Position numbers and translations under genes: made by a program. A model generated the notes under the pieces. The model was not told the origin of the DNA and ran no database searches. It saw only the letters and a list, made by a program, of their open reading frames with translations. From an uncultured Gammaproteobacteria bacterium (GTDB taxonomy: Bacteria > Pseudomonadota > Gammaproteobacteria > Magnimaribacterales > Magnimaribacteraceae), in contig CAZTLP010000004.1 in the NCBI GenBank assembly GCA_964614345.1, positions 2,491 through 66,490 on the forward strand: a stretch of 64,000 nt of DNA, read 5' to 3'. Positions 20,255-29,977 of the stretch are shown piece by piece (positions within the stretch are counted from its first letter, which is position 1; every line of letters begins with the position of its first letter).

Positions 20255-21592
20255 TTAATTCAAATTTTTTAATCTTTTCTCAAGATAATTAATATCAAAA
20301 TCTCCGGAGATAAAATTTTCATCTGAAAGAAGTTCAATATGCATTTCAAGATTTGTATCTATACCTGAAACTACCATTTCTTCTAGAGCTCTAATCAATC
20401 TTACCCTCGCATCCTCTCTATCATTAGCTCTGACTATTAATTTAGCAATTAGAGAATCGTAGTGAGGAGGTACTACATAACCGTTGTAAAGGTGTGAATC
20501 TATTCTAACTCCAATACCTCCAGGTGCATGATAATCCAATACTTTTCCGGGAGAAGGGATAAATGTTTCAGGGTGTTCAGCATTAATTCTGCATTCAATC
20601 GCATGACCATTAATTTCTATATCTTTTTGTTTTATTTTAAGCTCTTCTCCTCTAGCAATTCTTAATTGAAGCTTAACTAAGTCTAGTCCTGTAATACTCT
20701 CAGTAACTGGATGTTCTACCTGAATTCTTGTATTCATTTCAATAAAGTAGAATTTTTCTTCCTGGTATAAAAATTCAAAAGTTCCTGCACTGACATAATT
20801 AATTTCTTTACAAGCCTCTATACATTTCTGAAATATATTTTCTTTAATCTCTTCTGGTATACCAATTGCAGGCGCTTCTTCTATAACCTTTTGATGTCTG
20901 CGTTGAAGAGAGCAGTCTCTTTCACCTAGGTGCAGAACATTTCCAAATTTATCTGCAAGAACTTGTACTTCTATGTGTCTAGGGGTTGTAAAGAATTTTT
21001 CCATGTAAAGAGTTGGGTCACCAAAAGCACTTTCTGCCTCCTTTTGTGTTAGGTTAATGCTTTCTTCTAGATCAGATTCAGAATTAACAATTCTCATTCC
21101 TCTTCCTCCTCCCCCTGAAGCGGCTTTAATTATGATGGGATATCCTATGGCTTTCGCTTCTTCTTTAGGGTCATTACCTATTGGTCCTTCAGATCCAGGA
21201 ACAATAGGAAGACCTATTTTCTTTGCAAGTTTTTTTGCTGATATCTTATTACCCATAGTTTGAATAATTTCAGAAGAAGGACCAGCAAATTGAAAACCAC
21301 TTTTTTCTACTTGTTCAGCAAAATCTGCATTCTCTGCAAGAAATCCGTAACCAGGGTGAACACCATCTGCACCACTTAATTCCATAGCACTGATAATAGC
21401 TGGAATGTTCATGTAACTTTCGGCGGAGCTAGCAGGTCCTATACAGATAGATTCGTCTGCCATTTTTACATGCATTAAATCTCTATCAGCTTCAGAATAA
21501 GCTGCGACTGTGGGTATATCTAATTCTTTACAGGCCCTAAGAATACGAAGAGCTATTTCGCCTCTGTTGGCAATTAGTAACTTGGTTAGCAT
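20255..21592 (-). CDS. accC: Acetyl-CoA carboxylase, biotin carboxylase subunit
   Basis: 445 aa with an ATP-grasp fold. [23 protein letters not shown] at the N-terminus and the [14 protein letters not shown] block. Confidence 0.97.
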   Translation of the reverse strand: MLTKLLIANRGEIALRILRACKELDIPTVAAYSEADRDLMHVKMADESICIGPASSAESYMNIPAIISAMELSGADGVHPGYGFLAENADFAEQVEKSGFQFAGPSSEIIQTMGNKISAKKLAKKIGLPIVPGSEGPIGNDPKEEAKAIGYPIIIKAASGGGGRGMRIVNSESDLEESINLTQKEAESAFGDPTLYMEKFFTTPRHIEVQVLADKFGNVLHLGERDCSLQRRHQKVIEEAPAIGIPEEIKENIFQKCIEACKEINYVSAGTFEFLYQEEKFYFIEMNTRIQVEHPVTESITGLDLVKLQLRIARGEELKIKQKDIEINGHAIECRINAEHPETFIPSPGKVLDYHAPGGIGVRIDSHLYNGYVVPPHYDSLIAKLIVRANDREDARVRLIRALEEMVVSGIDTNLEMHIELLSDENFISGDFDINYLEKRLKNLN

Positions 21593-21595
21593 AAA

Positions 21596-22042
21596 CTAAG
21601 CTATTACAAATAATGCTTGTCCAAATTCAACTGGTTCTGAATTTTCTGCAAGTACAGATACTACTTTTCCAGAGTAATCTGACTTAATTTCATTCATCAT
21701 TTTCATTGCTTCAACTATGCAAACGACATCACCCTCCTGAATTTCATCTCCTACCGAAATAAATGGCTTGGCTCCTGGAGAGGCTGCAGCATAAAAAGTT
21801 CCAACCATAGGTGAAGTAATCACTTCGCCTTCAGAATTTTCAATTAACGGAGCTGATTTCTGTGGTTGTTCTGAGCTTTCTACTACCTTATCAAGTTGAT
21901 TTGGTTGAACTTGATGAGTAACTACGGTTTCAGTTTTATTCTTTACTAATCTTACTGATTCTTCTCCCTCATGAATTTCTATCTCTTCCAACTCTGAAGA
22001 TTCAAGCATTTCTATTAGTTTTTTTACTTTTCTTATATCCAT
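21596..22042 (-). CDS. accB: Biotin carboxyl carrier protein of acetyl-CoA carboxylase
   Basis: 148 aa with the biotinylation motif EAMKMMNEI. Located upstream of accC. Confidence 0.95.
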   Translation of the reverse strand: MDIRKVKKLIEMLESSELEEIEIHEGEESVRLVKNKTETVVTHQVQPNQLDKVVESSEQPQKSAPLIENSEGEVITSPMVGTFYAAASPGAKPFISVGDEIQEGDVVCIVEAMKMMNEIKSDYSGKVVSVLAENSEPVEFGQALFVIA

Positions 22043-22051
22043 TTTACCTCT

Positions 22052-22492
22052 CTAATTTCCATACCTACTTATAGCTACCTCTAAAGCTAAGTCATACCCT
22101 TCAACTCCTAAACCAGAAATTACACCCACTGCAATATCAGACAAGAAAGACTTTTGTCTAAAATCTTCTCGACTATATATATTTGATATATGAATCTCTA
22201 TAAATGGTATTTCAGTTCCTGCCAAGGCGTCCCTGAGTGCAATGCTGCTATGTGTAAAAGCTCCTGGATTAAAAATAATACACTTTATATTGTTGTCTTT
22301 AGCCTTATGTATCTGGTCAACAAGCTCGTGTTCTGCATTACTCTGAAAGTCTGATAATTCATGCCCTGATTTATCTGAAATTTTTGATAAATTTTCAACT
22401 ACTTGATCCAAGGAGATTTTCCCATAAAGTTCTGGTTCTCTTTCTCCAAGTAGATTTAAGTTTGGTCCATTTAGTAGTAAAAAATTAGCCAT
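22052..22492 (-). CDS. aroQ: 3-dehydroquinate dehydratase, type II
   Basis: 146 aa. [20 protein letters not shown] and [15 protein letters not shown] are type II DHQase signatures. Sits in aroQ-accB-accC synteny. Confidence 0.95.
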   Translation of the reverse strand: MANFLLLNGPNLNLLGEREPELYGKISLDQVVENLSKISDKSGHELSDFQSNAEHELVDQIHKAKDNNIKCIIFNPGAFTHSSIALRDALAGTEIPFIEIHISNIYSREDFRQKSFLSDIAVGVISGLGVEGYDLALEVAISRYGN

Positions 22493-22581
22493 GGCTTCAG
22501 TAGAAAACGATTTTATAAGAATTTAACCGAAATTAAGAGAAAATAATGTTAATTAAATTGGTTTAAAGTACAAACTAGTAG

Positions 22582-23073
22582 CTAGTTGTATATTTTTATC
22601 CCGCCTTTTTTTATAACAAGCTTCTTGACTATAGGTGTATAGCAGTATCCCTTCTGATTACAACCTTGGTAGGTAACTGTTATTTCTTTTTCAAATTCTT
22701 TTCCAATATCAATTACTACCTCAACCGCATCAAAGAAAACTTCAACTTCACCGAAGTACTCATCTACTAGAATTTCACCCTTCGGAAAAGAAGCCTTCTG
22801 ATAGGTATTTAATTTTTTATCAAAAAAAGAAAATTTATTTAGATAAAGATAGCAGTCTGGTTTTATATCCCACCGCAAGAAAATTTTTTGATCAACAATA
22901 GAAGCATGTAATTTATAAACTTCATCAGGATGAGGTATGCCTTTTTCCATAAAAAGCAACTCATCTGCATACTTATTGAATTCATCTTTAGCTGATATAG
23001 TCGGCATGAAAATTAAGTTAAGAACAATTAAGAAACAACAGTAAATATGGAAATTAAATCTAGGAGAAGTCAT
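22582..23073 (-). CDS. Stand-alone periplasmic DsbD N-terminal (alpha) domain protein
   Basis: 163 aa with a signal peptide. YQGCNQKGYCYTP matches the DsbD-alpha active site (E. coli YQGCADAGFCYPP). There is no membrane or thioredoxin-like domain, because only 89 bp separate it from aroQ. Confidence 0.65.
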   Translation of the reverse strand: MTSPRFNFHIYCCFLIVLNLIFMPTISAKDEFNKYADELLFMEKGIPHPDEVYKLHASIVDQKIFLRWDIKPDCYLYLNKFSFFDKKLNTYQKASFPKGEILVDEYFGEVEVFFDAVEVVIDIGKEFEKEITVTYQGCNQKGYCYTPIVKKLVIKKGGIKIYN

Positions 23074-23508
23074 CTTTTTGGTTTTATTATCTCATTATTG
23101 TTCTTTTTTTCTTGCTCAGAAACCGAAAGTGAAACTCCGATAGTTGTTTTAGATGCTTATTTAAAAAAACCCTTGGAAGGAGCACATTCTACTGCGGCAT
23201 ATATGAGTTTAAAAAATACTAGCAGTTACAAAATAAAAATTAAGGGATTAACTTGCAATAACTTATTGGCAGAATTCCATCAAACCGTAATTAAAGATTC
23301 AGGCATGACGAGTATGAATAAATTAAACTTATTAACCTTGGAGCCACAATCAGAAATAACCTTATTACCTGGAAAAGAGCATATTATGTTGATAGGAAAA
23401 AGTATGTCGAATATAACTGAAGGAATAAATTGCGATCTGATCATTGAAGATATTGATTTATTTCCACCCTTCAAAAGAGCTCCTATTTTTTTTGAAATGA
23501 GAAGTTAA
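23047..23508 (+). CDS. Periplasmic copper chaperone PCu(A)C (DUF461)-like
   Basis: 153 aa with a signal or lipoprotein leader (FFFSC). The H/M-rich pattern EFHQTVIKDSGMTSMNKL...GKEHIMLIG fits the PCuAC H(M)x10Mx21HxM-type copper site. Confidence 0.6.
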   Translation: MEIKSRRSHLFGFIISLLFFFSCSETESETPIVVLDAYLKKPLEGAHSTAAYMSLKNTSSYKIKIKGLTCNNLLAEFHQTVIKDSGMTSMNKLNLLTLEPQSEITLLPGKEHIMLIGKSMSNITEGINCDLIIEDIDLFPPFKRAPIFFEMRS

Positions 23509-23512
23509 GTCA

Positions 23513-25111
23513 GTGAAACACAACTCAGAAAGTTTATTAGAGGTTGAAAATTTAACTGTTAACTTCTTTAGCAAAGAATTTTCTATTGATGCAGTCAGAT
23601 CAATATCTTTTTCAATTGAAAGAGGAAAGACTTTAGCCTTAGTTGGAGAATCAGGTTCAGGAAAATCAGTAACTGCATTATCTATCTTAAAATTACTCCC
23701 TTACCAGATAGCTTCTCATTCAAGCAAATCTTCAATTAAGTTGAAAGGGAAAGAAATTTTGAAAATGAGTTCTGGGGAAATCAGGAAAATCAGAGGAGAT
23801 TCTATTTCAATGATTTTTCAAGAACCAATGACCTCATTGAATCCATATCAAAGAGTTGGAAGGCAAATTGAAGAAATTTTAATGGTGCACAAAGGAATGC
23901 GAAGAAAAGAGGCAAGAAATAAAACTATTGATTTATTAGAGAAAGTACAAATTCCAGATCCACAACTGAAAGCTGAGTCTTATCCCCACCAGCTTTCTGG
24001 AGGTCAGAGGCAAAGAGTTATGATTGCAATGGCCCTTTCAAATGATCCAGATTTATTGATTGCTGATGAACCCACAACAGCATTAGATGTAACCGTTGAA
24101 AAATCCTTACTTGAACTTCTCAATGAACTTCAGCTACAAATGGGAATGTCTATACTTTTCATTACGCACGACCTCAATATTGTAAAAAAGTTTGCAGATG
24201 AAGTTGCAGTTATGAAAGAAGGAGAAATAGTAGAAAAAGGGATAGTCAAAGATGTTTTTTCTTTTCCCCAGCATGCTTATACAAAGAAACTTTTAGATTC
24301 AATTCCCTCACCAAAAAATAATATAAGCAATGACGGAAAACCAATTCTTTTGTCAGAAGGTTTGACGGTAAATTATTTAACCAAGAAGAGTTTCTTAAAT
24401 AAGAATCTTTATCTAACTGCAGTCAATGATGCGGCCATTGAAGTTCATGAGGGAAGAACTACTGGTTTGGTAGGGGAATCCGGTTCAGGGAAATCATCTT
24501 TGGCTAGAGCCTTACTGGGATTGGAGCAATCTGAAGGGTTTATTGAGTTTGACGGAAAAGATTTAAATTCTTTATCAGAGAATTCAAGGAGGTTTATAAA
24601 AAAAGATTTTCAAATTGTTTTTCAAGACCCATTCGGTTCACTATCGCCTCGTCAGACTATTGGCGAAATAATCGGCGAAGGTCTAAGAGTGCATGAGTCT
24701 CAACTTGGTAAATCAGAAAGGCAATCTAAAATCTTAAAAGCCTTAGAAGAAGTAGAGTTGGATTCCTCTTTTTTCCTCCGTTTCCCTCATGAGTTATCTG
24801 GTGGACAAAGGCAAAGAGTAGCAATTGCAAGAGCTATCATTCTAAAGCCTAAATTAATTCTTTTAGACGAACCTACCTCAGCGCTTGATGTATCTATACA
24901 GATGCAAGTCATAAAATTATTATCTGAGTTACAACAAAAGCATAATCTTTCATATTTATGTATTAGCCATGACCTTAAGGTTATTCGGGCACTATCTGAT
25001 CTAGTTTATGTAATGAAGCAAGGGAAGATAGTTGAGAAAGGAATGGCAGATCAGGTTTTCAATGAACCCAATAATGAATACACTAAAGAATTGATAAGAG
25101 CCTCAATTTAA
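23513..25111 (+). CDS. ABC transporter ATP-binding protein with two fused NBDs (YejF/OppDF-like)
   Basis: 532 aa with a GTG start. Two Walker A motifs (GESGSGKS twice), two LSGGQRQR signatures and two Walker B motifs (LLIADEPT, LILLDEPT). Confidence 0.9.
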   Translation: MKHNSESLLEVENLTVNFFSKEFSIDAVRSISFSIERGKTLALVGESGSGKSVTALSILKLLPYQIASHSSKSSIKLKGKEILKMSSGEIRKIRGDSISMIFQEPMTSLNPYQRVGRQIEEILMVHKGMRRKEARNKTIDLLEKVQIPDPQLKAESYPHQLSGGQRQRVMIAMALSNDPDLLIADEPTTALDVTVEKSLLELLNELQLQMGMSILFITHDLNIVKKFADEVAVMKEGEIVEKGIVKDVFSFPQHAYTKKLLDSIPSPKNNISNDGKPILLSEGLTVNYLTKKSFLNKNLYLTAVNDAAIEVHEGRTTGLVGESGSGKSSLARALLGLEQSEGFIEFDGKDLNSLSENSRRFIKKDFQIVFQDPFGSLSPRQTIGEIIGEGLRVHESQLGKSERQSKILKALEEVELDSSFFLRFPHELSGGQRQRVAIARAIILKPKLILLDEPTSALDVSIQMQVIKLLSELQQKHNLSYLCISHDLKVIRALSDLVYVMKQGKIVEKGMADQVFNEPNNEYTKELIRASI

Positions 25112-25136
25112 AGAAATATTTACTTAGAGAAGGCAA

Positions 25137-26801
25137 ATGAGTAGTAAGAACAGAAAGTATTCTTCAAAAATAGTCGATGGAGTTGAACAAGCTCCATCAA
25201 GAGCTATGTTGAGAGCTGTAGGTTTTGAAGAGGAAGATTTCTTGAAACCCCAAGTAGGTATAGCTTCAACTTGGAGTATGGTAACTCCTTGTAACATGCA
25301 TATAAATCAGTTGGCTGAAGCAGCCGCGGAAGGAGCAAATAGTTCTGGGTGTAAGTCTGTTATATTCAACACAATTAGCGTATCTGACGGAATATCAATG
25401 GGTACAAAGGGGATGAGGTATAGCCTGGTATCTAGAGAAGTAATAGCAGATTCTATTGAGACGGTAGTTGAAGGCCAAGGATTTGACGGTTTATTGGCAA
25501 TAGGAGGGTGTGACAAAAATATGCCTGGTTGTTTGATGGCAATAGCACGATTAGACAGGCCAGCAATCTTTGTTTACGGCGGTAGTATTCAACCCGGAGA
25601 GGGTAGAACAGATGTCATTTCGGTATTTGAAGCTGTAGGCGCACATTCTGAAGGCAAGATTTCTGATATAGAGCTTCTAGATGTGGAATCTAAAGCCATT
25701 CCAGGCCCCGGAGCATGTGGAGGAATGTATACAGCTAATACAATGGCATCTGCTATTGAAGCTTTAGGGCTTAGTCTTCCTAACAGCTCTGCTAAAGAAG
25801 CTGTCTCATCGTCCAAAAAACAAGATTGCGTAGAAGCTGGAGAGGCTCTTACAAATTTAATTAACCAAAACCTAACCCCAAGAAAGCTACTAACCAAAAA
25901 AGCTTTTGAAAATGCAATTTCTATAGTTATAGCCCTCGGAGGGTCTACGAATGCAGTTTTACATCTTCTGGCCATTGCGCATGAAGCCCAAGTCGAACTC
26001 AGTATTGATGACTTCACAAGAATAGGAAAAAAAGTACCGGTACTTGCTGATTTAAAGCCTAGTGGTAATTATTTAATGTCTGAGCTTATAGCTATTGGAG
26101 GAATTACTCCTTTAATGAAAATTCTCTTGAACGAAGGTTTATTACACGGAGACGCTTTGACTGTTACTGGAAAAACTTTAGAAGAAAATTTAGATTCAGT
26201 AAAAGCTTATTCTAAAGACCAAAACATAATTAAAAATTTTAATGATCCTGTGAAGAAAGACAGTCATTTAAGAATTCTTTATGGAAACCTAGCTCCTGAA
26301 GGTGCAGTAGCAAAGATATCTGGCAAGGAAGGTACACTATTTAAAGGAAAGGCTAAACCTTACGATTCAGAAGAAGAAGCTATGAAGGCCATAATGGAAG
26401 GAAATATAAATCAAGGCGATGTAGTCATAATAAGATATGAAGGTCCCAAAGGGGGTCCTGGCATGAGAGAAATGTTAAGTCCAACTTCAGCAATTATGGG
26501 TAAGGGTCTAGGAGACCAAGTAGCTTTTTTAACAGATGGAAGGTTTTCTGGCGGAACTCATGGATTTGTTGTGGGGCATATATCACCCGAAGCTCATCTT
26601 GGTGGGCCACTAGCCCTAGTCGAAGAAGGAGACGAAATAAGAATTGATGCAGAAAAAAATGAAGTGAGCTTAGAGGTTGACGAAAAGGTATTGGAACTTA
26701 GAAAAAAGAATTGGAAAAGTCCAAAAGGAGAGAGTCGGGGTGTGTTGCGTAAATACGCACAAATGGTTGGATCTGCTTCTTCGGGTGCAGTAACAACTTA
26801 A
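25137..26801 (+). CDS. ilvD: Dihydroxy-acid dehydratase
   Basis: 554 aa. IlvD/Edd blocks: [14 protein letters not shown], and [16 protein letters not shown] near the C-terminus. Confidence 0.95.
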   Translation: MSSKNRKYSSKIVDGVEQAPSRAMLRAVGFEEEDFLKPQVGIASTWSMVTPCNMHINQLAEAAAEGANSSGCKSVIFNTISVSDGISMGTKGMRYSLVSREVIADSIETVVEGQGFDGLLAIGGCDKNMPGCLMAIARLDRPAIFVYGGSIQPGEGRTDVISVFEAVGAHSEGKISDIELLDVESKAIPGPGACGGMYTANTMASAIEALGLSLPNSSAKEAVSSSKKQDCVEAGEALTNLINQNLTPRKLLTKKAFENAISIVIALGGSTNAVLHLLAIAHEAQVELSIDDFTRIGKKVPVLADLKPSGNYLMSELIAIGGITPLMKILLNEGLLHGDALTVTGKTLEENLDSVKAYSKDQNIIKNFNDPVKKDSHLRILYGNLAPEGAVAKISGKEGTLFKGKAKPYDSEEEAMKAIMEGNINQGDVVIIRYEGPKGGPGMREMLSPTSAIMGKGLGDQVAFLTDGRFSGGTHGFVVGHISPEAHLGGPLALVEEGDEIRIDAEKNEVSLEVDEKVLELRKKNWKSPKGESRGVLRKYAQMVGSASSGAVTT

Positions 26802-26822
26802 TTTAAGTATTTAAAAATCTAC

Positions 26823-26850
26823 TTGAAAAAAAAATAGTACTCCCCATAAT
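26823..26850 (+). promoter_or_regulatory. Candidate sigma70-type promoter for trxA
   Basis: TTGAAA at 26823-26828, a 16-nt spacer, then CATAAT at 26845-26850, about 75 nt upstream of the trxA ATG. Pattern match only, in an AT-rich context. Confidence 0.25.
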
Positions 26851-26926
26851 AAGAAAAGAATGCTTATTTCTAGTCGATCGAGACGTCCCCTTTGAACATA
26901 CGAATTATTTATTCCGTGGAGGATAT

Positions 26927-27247
26927 ATGACAGTTGTCACTATAACTGATGATAATTTTGAGGAAGAGGTTTCTTCATCAGACACACCTGTGCTTGTTGA
27001 TTATTGGGCAACCTGGTGCGGACCTTGCAAGATGGTTGGTCCTATCGTTGAAGAAATAGCCACTGAGTTTGAAGGTAAGTTAAAGGTTGGAAAATTGGAT
27101 GTAGATAATAATCAAGCCTCTGCTGCCAAGCAAAACGTTATGAGCATCCCTACTTTGTTAATTTTTAAAGAAGGGCAGGTAGTGGCACAACAAGTGGGTG
27201 CATTAAGCAAAACACAATTAACAGAATTCATAGAAACTCATATCTAA
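26927..27247 (+). CDS. trxA: Thioredoxin 1
   Basis: 106 aa with the WCGPCK active site and a canonical thioredoxin length. Sits in trxA-rho synteny. Confidence 0.95.
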   Translation: MTVVTITDDNFEEEVSSSDTPVLVDYWATWCGPCKMVGPIVEEIATEFEGKLKVGKLDVDNNQASAAKQNVMSIPTLLIFKEGQVVAQQVGALSKTQLTEFIETHI

Positions 27248-27332
27248 ATAACTAGACGTCCTCAATATAGGAAGGTATATTGGATTTGTGTATCTTTTTC
27301 TGATACACCTAAATCCGGGAAATTTTTTTAAG

Positions 27333-28592
27333 ATGCAACTATCAGAATTAAAAACTTTACCTGTACAAGAACTCATATCTCTTGGGGAGGAGTGCGGTCT
27401 TGATAATGCCTCAAGGATGAAAAGACAAGATGTAATCTTTGGTATTCTAAAGAATAAGGCAAAGCAAGGAGAGGATATTGACGGCGGAGGTGTTTTAGAA
27501 ATACTTCAAGATGGATTTGGTTTTTTAAGATCGACTGATTCTTCATATTTAGCTGGGCCAGATGATATTTATGTTTCACCCAGTCAGATAAGAAGATTTG
27601 GATTGAGAACAGGGGATACTATCCAAGGGAAGATTCGACCTCCAAAAGAAGGGGAAAGGTATTTTGCAATACTAAAAATAGAAGAAATTAATTTTGAAAA
27701 ACCAGATAAAGCTAAAAATAAGGTTTCCTTTGAAAATTTAACTCCACTGTTTCCTGATCAAAGAATGGTTTTAGAATCAGGAAGTGGTAGTACAGAAGAT
27801 CTCTCAGCAAGAGTCATAGATTTAACTGCTCCAACAGGCAAAGGGCAGAGGTCATTAATAGTATCGCCTCCCAAAGCAGGAAAAACTTTATTGCTTCAAA
27901 GCATGGCCCACTCAATTGCTAAAAATAACCCTGAATGCAAGATTATGGTTTTGTTAGTTGATGAAAGACCAGAAGAAGTAACAGAAATGGTCAGATCAGT
28001 TAAAGGAGAGGTAATTGCAAGTACTTTCGATGAACCTGCATCAAGACATGTTCAAGTAGCAGATATGGTAATTAACAAAGCTAGAAGACTTGTTGAGCAT
28101 AAGCACGATGTAGTTATTCTTTTAGATTCAATAACAAGATTAGCCAGAGCTTATAATTCAACTCAAGCAGCTTCTGGGAAGATTCTCACCGGAGGAGTAG
28201 ATGCTAATGCTCTTGAAAAACCCAAAAGGTTTTTTGGAGCAGCAAGAAATATTGAAGGTGGAGGAAGCTTAACAATTATTGCAACTGCACTAATTGATAC
28301 AGGTTCAAGAATGGATGAAGTAATTTTTGAAGAATTTAAAGGAACAGGGAATTCAGAAATAAATTTAGATAGAAAGATTGCGGAAAAACGAGTCTTCCCA
28401 GCTATCAATATTCGAAAAACTGGAACCAGAAGAGAAGATCTACTCACAACTGATGCAGAACTTAGACATATAACTATACTGAGAAAGTTACTTAATGAGA
28501 TGGAGGACACTGCTGCAATGGAATGGGTCCTAGATAAACTAAAGGACTACAAGACCAATGCTGAGTTTTTTGAATCCATGAAGCGAAAGTAA
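27333..28592 (+). CDS. rho: Transcription termination factor Rho
   Basis: The ATG at 27333 ([15 protein letters not shown]) gives the canonical 419 aa. The protein has an N-terminal RNA-binding domain, the Walker A motif PPKAGKT and the Rho C-terminal blocks. The GTG at 27288 in the ORF track adds a non-homologous extension. Confidence 0.95.
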   Translation: MQLSELKTLPVQELISLGEECGLDNASRMKRQDVIFGILKNKAKQGEDIDGGGVLEILQDGFGFLRSTDSSYLAGPDDIYVSPSQIRRFGLRTGDTIQGKIRPPKEGERYFAILKIEEINFEKPDKAKNKVSFENLTPLFPDQRMVLESGSGSTEDLSARVIDLTAPTGKGQRSLIVSPPKAGKTLLLQSMAHSIAKNNPECKIMVLLVDERPEEVTEMVRSVKGEVIASTFDEPASRHVQVADMVINKARRLVEHKHDVVILLDSITRLARAYNSTQAASGKILTGGVDANALEKPKRFFGAARNIEGGGSLTIIATALIDTGSRMDEVIFEEFKGTGNSEINLDRKIAEKRVFPAINIRKTGTRREDLLTTDAELRHITILRKLLNEMEDTAAMEWVLDKLKDYKTNAEFFESMKRK

Positions 28593-28596
28593 ATCG

Positions 28597-28878
28597 CTAC
28601 TTCTTTACTGCCATCTCTTTCTTTTTTTCTCTTCTTTTACCTTCCTTAAACAACATAACTATCTTCTCAACTAAGCCTAAAGACAATAAGGTTAAGATAA
28701 TCAGAACTGTTAAACCGCTGATGATTATTTGGCTGTTAAGACTTATCTCTTTTCCCCAAATTACCACTGGTTTTGAATCAAGTAGGAACTGAGTGTCACC
28801 AAATATTAAAGCTAATAACACTGCTAAAATAATGGAAAACAAGTAGATTCTAGGCATTACTTCATTTGCAGAAGACAA
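28597..28878 (-). CDS. Small two-TM membrane protein with a lysine-rich tail (in the position of E. coli yhhL next to rsmD)
   Basis: 93-aa ORF. The internal Met at 28857 forms a TAATG junction with the rsmD stop, so an 86-aa product is equally likely. It has hydrophobic segments and a KRREKKKE tail. The functional call is from position only. Confidence 0.5.
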   Translation of the reverse strand: MSSANEVMPRIYLFSIILAVLLALIFGDTQFLLDSKPVVIWGKEISLNSQIIISGLTVLIILTLLSLGLVEKIVMLFKEGKRREKKKEMAVKK

Positions 28879-29432
28879 TATCTTGATTGTCCTGCTATTT
28901 TAGATTTAATCATATTCCACTCTTCAAAAATATCTTCTATTTCTTTCTCCTTTTCCACTTCAGTGCAAATAATAGAATCCTTTGTTATTAGTTCTTTTTC
29001 GACAATTAATGAGAAGGCTCTTTTTAGGTAATTTTGTCTAAAAGGGGGGTCAATAAAAACAATATCAAGCGGTTTTTCAATTTTTTTTTCAAAGGGAAAT
29101 TTTAAAGAATCTATTGGCATGACTTCACACTGTCTTCTTACATTTAACTTGATAATAGTTTTATAAAGTTCCTCAGACATTTTTCTATTTTTTTCTGCAA
29201 AATAAACAAAAGATGCTCCTCTCGAAATGGCTTCTAATCCTAAGCTACCAGTTCCAGCAAACATATCTAGACACCTAGAATTTTTAATATCACCCTGAAG
29301 CCAACTAAAAATAGTTTCTTTTGTTCTATTCGTTGTCGGTCTGATATATCTTGAAGCTTTAAAAGGGATCTTTAATCCTTTGAATTTACCCGCAACTATT
29401 CTCACATTGGAAACACGTCTTTTCATGCTCAA
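28857..29432 (-). CDS. rsmD: 16S rRNA (guanine966-N2)-methyltransferase RsmD
   Basis: 191 aa. IVAGKFKGLKI, the SAM-binding block DMFAGTGSLGLEA, and the catalytic VFIDPPF motif. Confidence 0.85.
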   Translation of the reverse strand: MSMKRRVSNVRIVAGKFKGLKIPFKASRYIRPTTNRTKETIFSWLQGDIKNSRCLDMFAGTGSLGLEAISRGASFVYFAEKNRKMSEELYKTIIKLNVRRQCEVMPIDSLKFPFEKKIEKPLDIVFIDPPFRQNYLKRAFSLIVEKELITKDSIICTEVEKEKEIEDIFEEWNMIKSKIAGQSRYCLLQMK

Positions 29433-29471
29433 ATCATATCAGCTAATTTAAATTAAAGTAGATTTAGGGTT

Positions 29472-29972
29472 ATGGACATGATAATTTGCCGAAATATGGA
29501 CCCTGATCCAGTTAACAAAGAGTTTCTTCGAGCCATGCGTGGCATTACTTCGACGGTTACAGTGTTATCAGCAAAGGATGGTTCAAGTAAAGAAGCTATG
29601 ACAGCAACTTCTGTGGCTTCTCTATCTCTCGATCCGCCAACAATGTTAGTTTGCATAAATCATGAAGCTACCATTCACAATATTTTGAAAGAAGGCTTGG
29701 GTTTTTGTATTAATATTTTATCTGTTGGTCAAGAAGGCTTGGCAGATATATGTAGCATTAAGGGAAAGGAAGAACAAAGGTTTTTAGAAGGGAATTGGTC
29801 AGAATTCGAAGGCATTCCATACAATGAAGAATCTCAGTCCAATATGTTCTGTAAATGTATTAAGACAATAGAGCACACTACACACACAATTTATTTAGGC
29901 GAAATTACTAAAGTCTTAAATCAAAACAATTTCAATCCTTTACTTTATAAGGACGGAAATTATTTAGATTAA
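29472..29972 (+). CDS. Flavin reductase domain protein (HpaC/NADH:FMN oxidoreductase-like)
   Basis: 166 aa. FLRAMRGITSTVTVLS...AMTATSVASLSLDPPTMLVCI is the typical flavin reductase-like domain core. Confidence 0.8.
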   Translation: MDMIICRNMDPDPVNKEFLRAMRGITSTVTVLSAKDGSSKEAMTATSVASLSLDPPTMLVCINHEATIHNILKEGLGFCINILSVGQEGLADICSIKGKEEQRFLEGNWSEFEGIPYNEESQSNMFCKCIKTIEHTTHTIYLGEITKVLNQNNFNPLLYKDGNYLD

Positions 29973-29977
29973 TTAAT

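Noticed and set aside
22560-22582. Short imperfect hairpin AACTAG-tag-CTAGTT downstream of the DsbD-alpha gene as a terminator
   Set aside because: The stem is only 6 bp and no U-tract follows on the transcribed strand.
25589-26017. 142-aa ORF antisense to ilvD (also 25307-25516)
   Set aside because: These are shadow ORFs inside a strongly conserved gene and have no recognisable features.
27288-27308. Hairpin GTGTATC-tttttct-GATACAC between trxA and rho as a trxA terminator
   Set aside because: No T-run directly follows the stem. It may belong to the rho leader, but nothing here allows a specific call.
27288-27332. GTG-initiated 15-codon N-terminal extension of rho given in the ORF track
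   Set aside because: Homology to Rho begins at the ATG at 27333, which gives the canonical 419 aa. The extension coincides with a leader hairpin.
28163-28510. 115-aa ORF antisense to rho
   Set aside because: It is embedded in the conserved Rho ATPase domain coding region and has a low-complexity Ser/Ile-rich translation.
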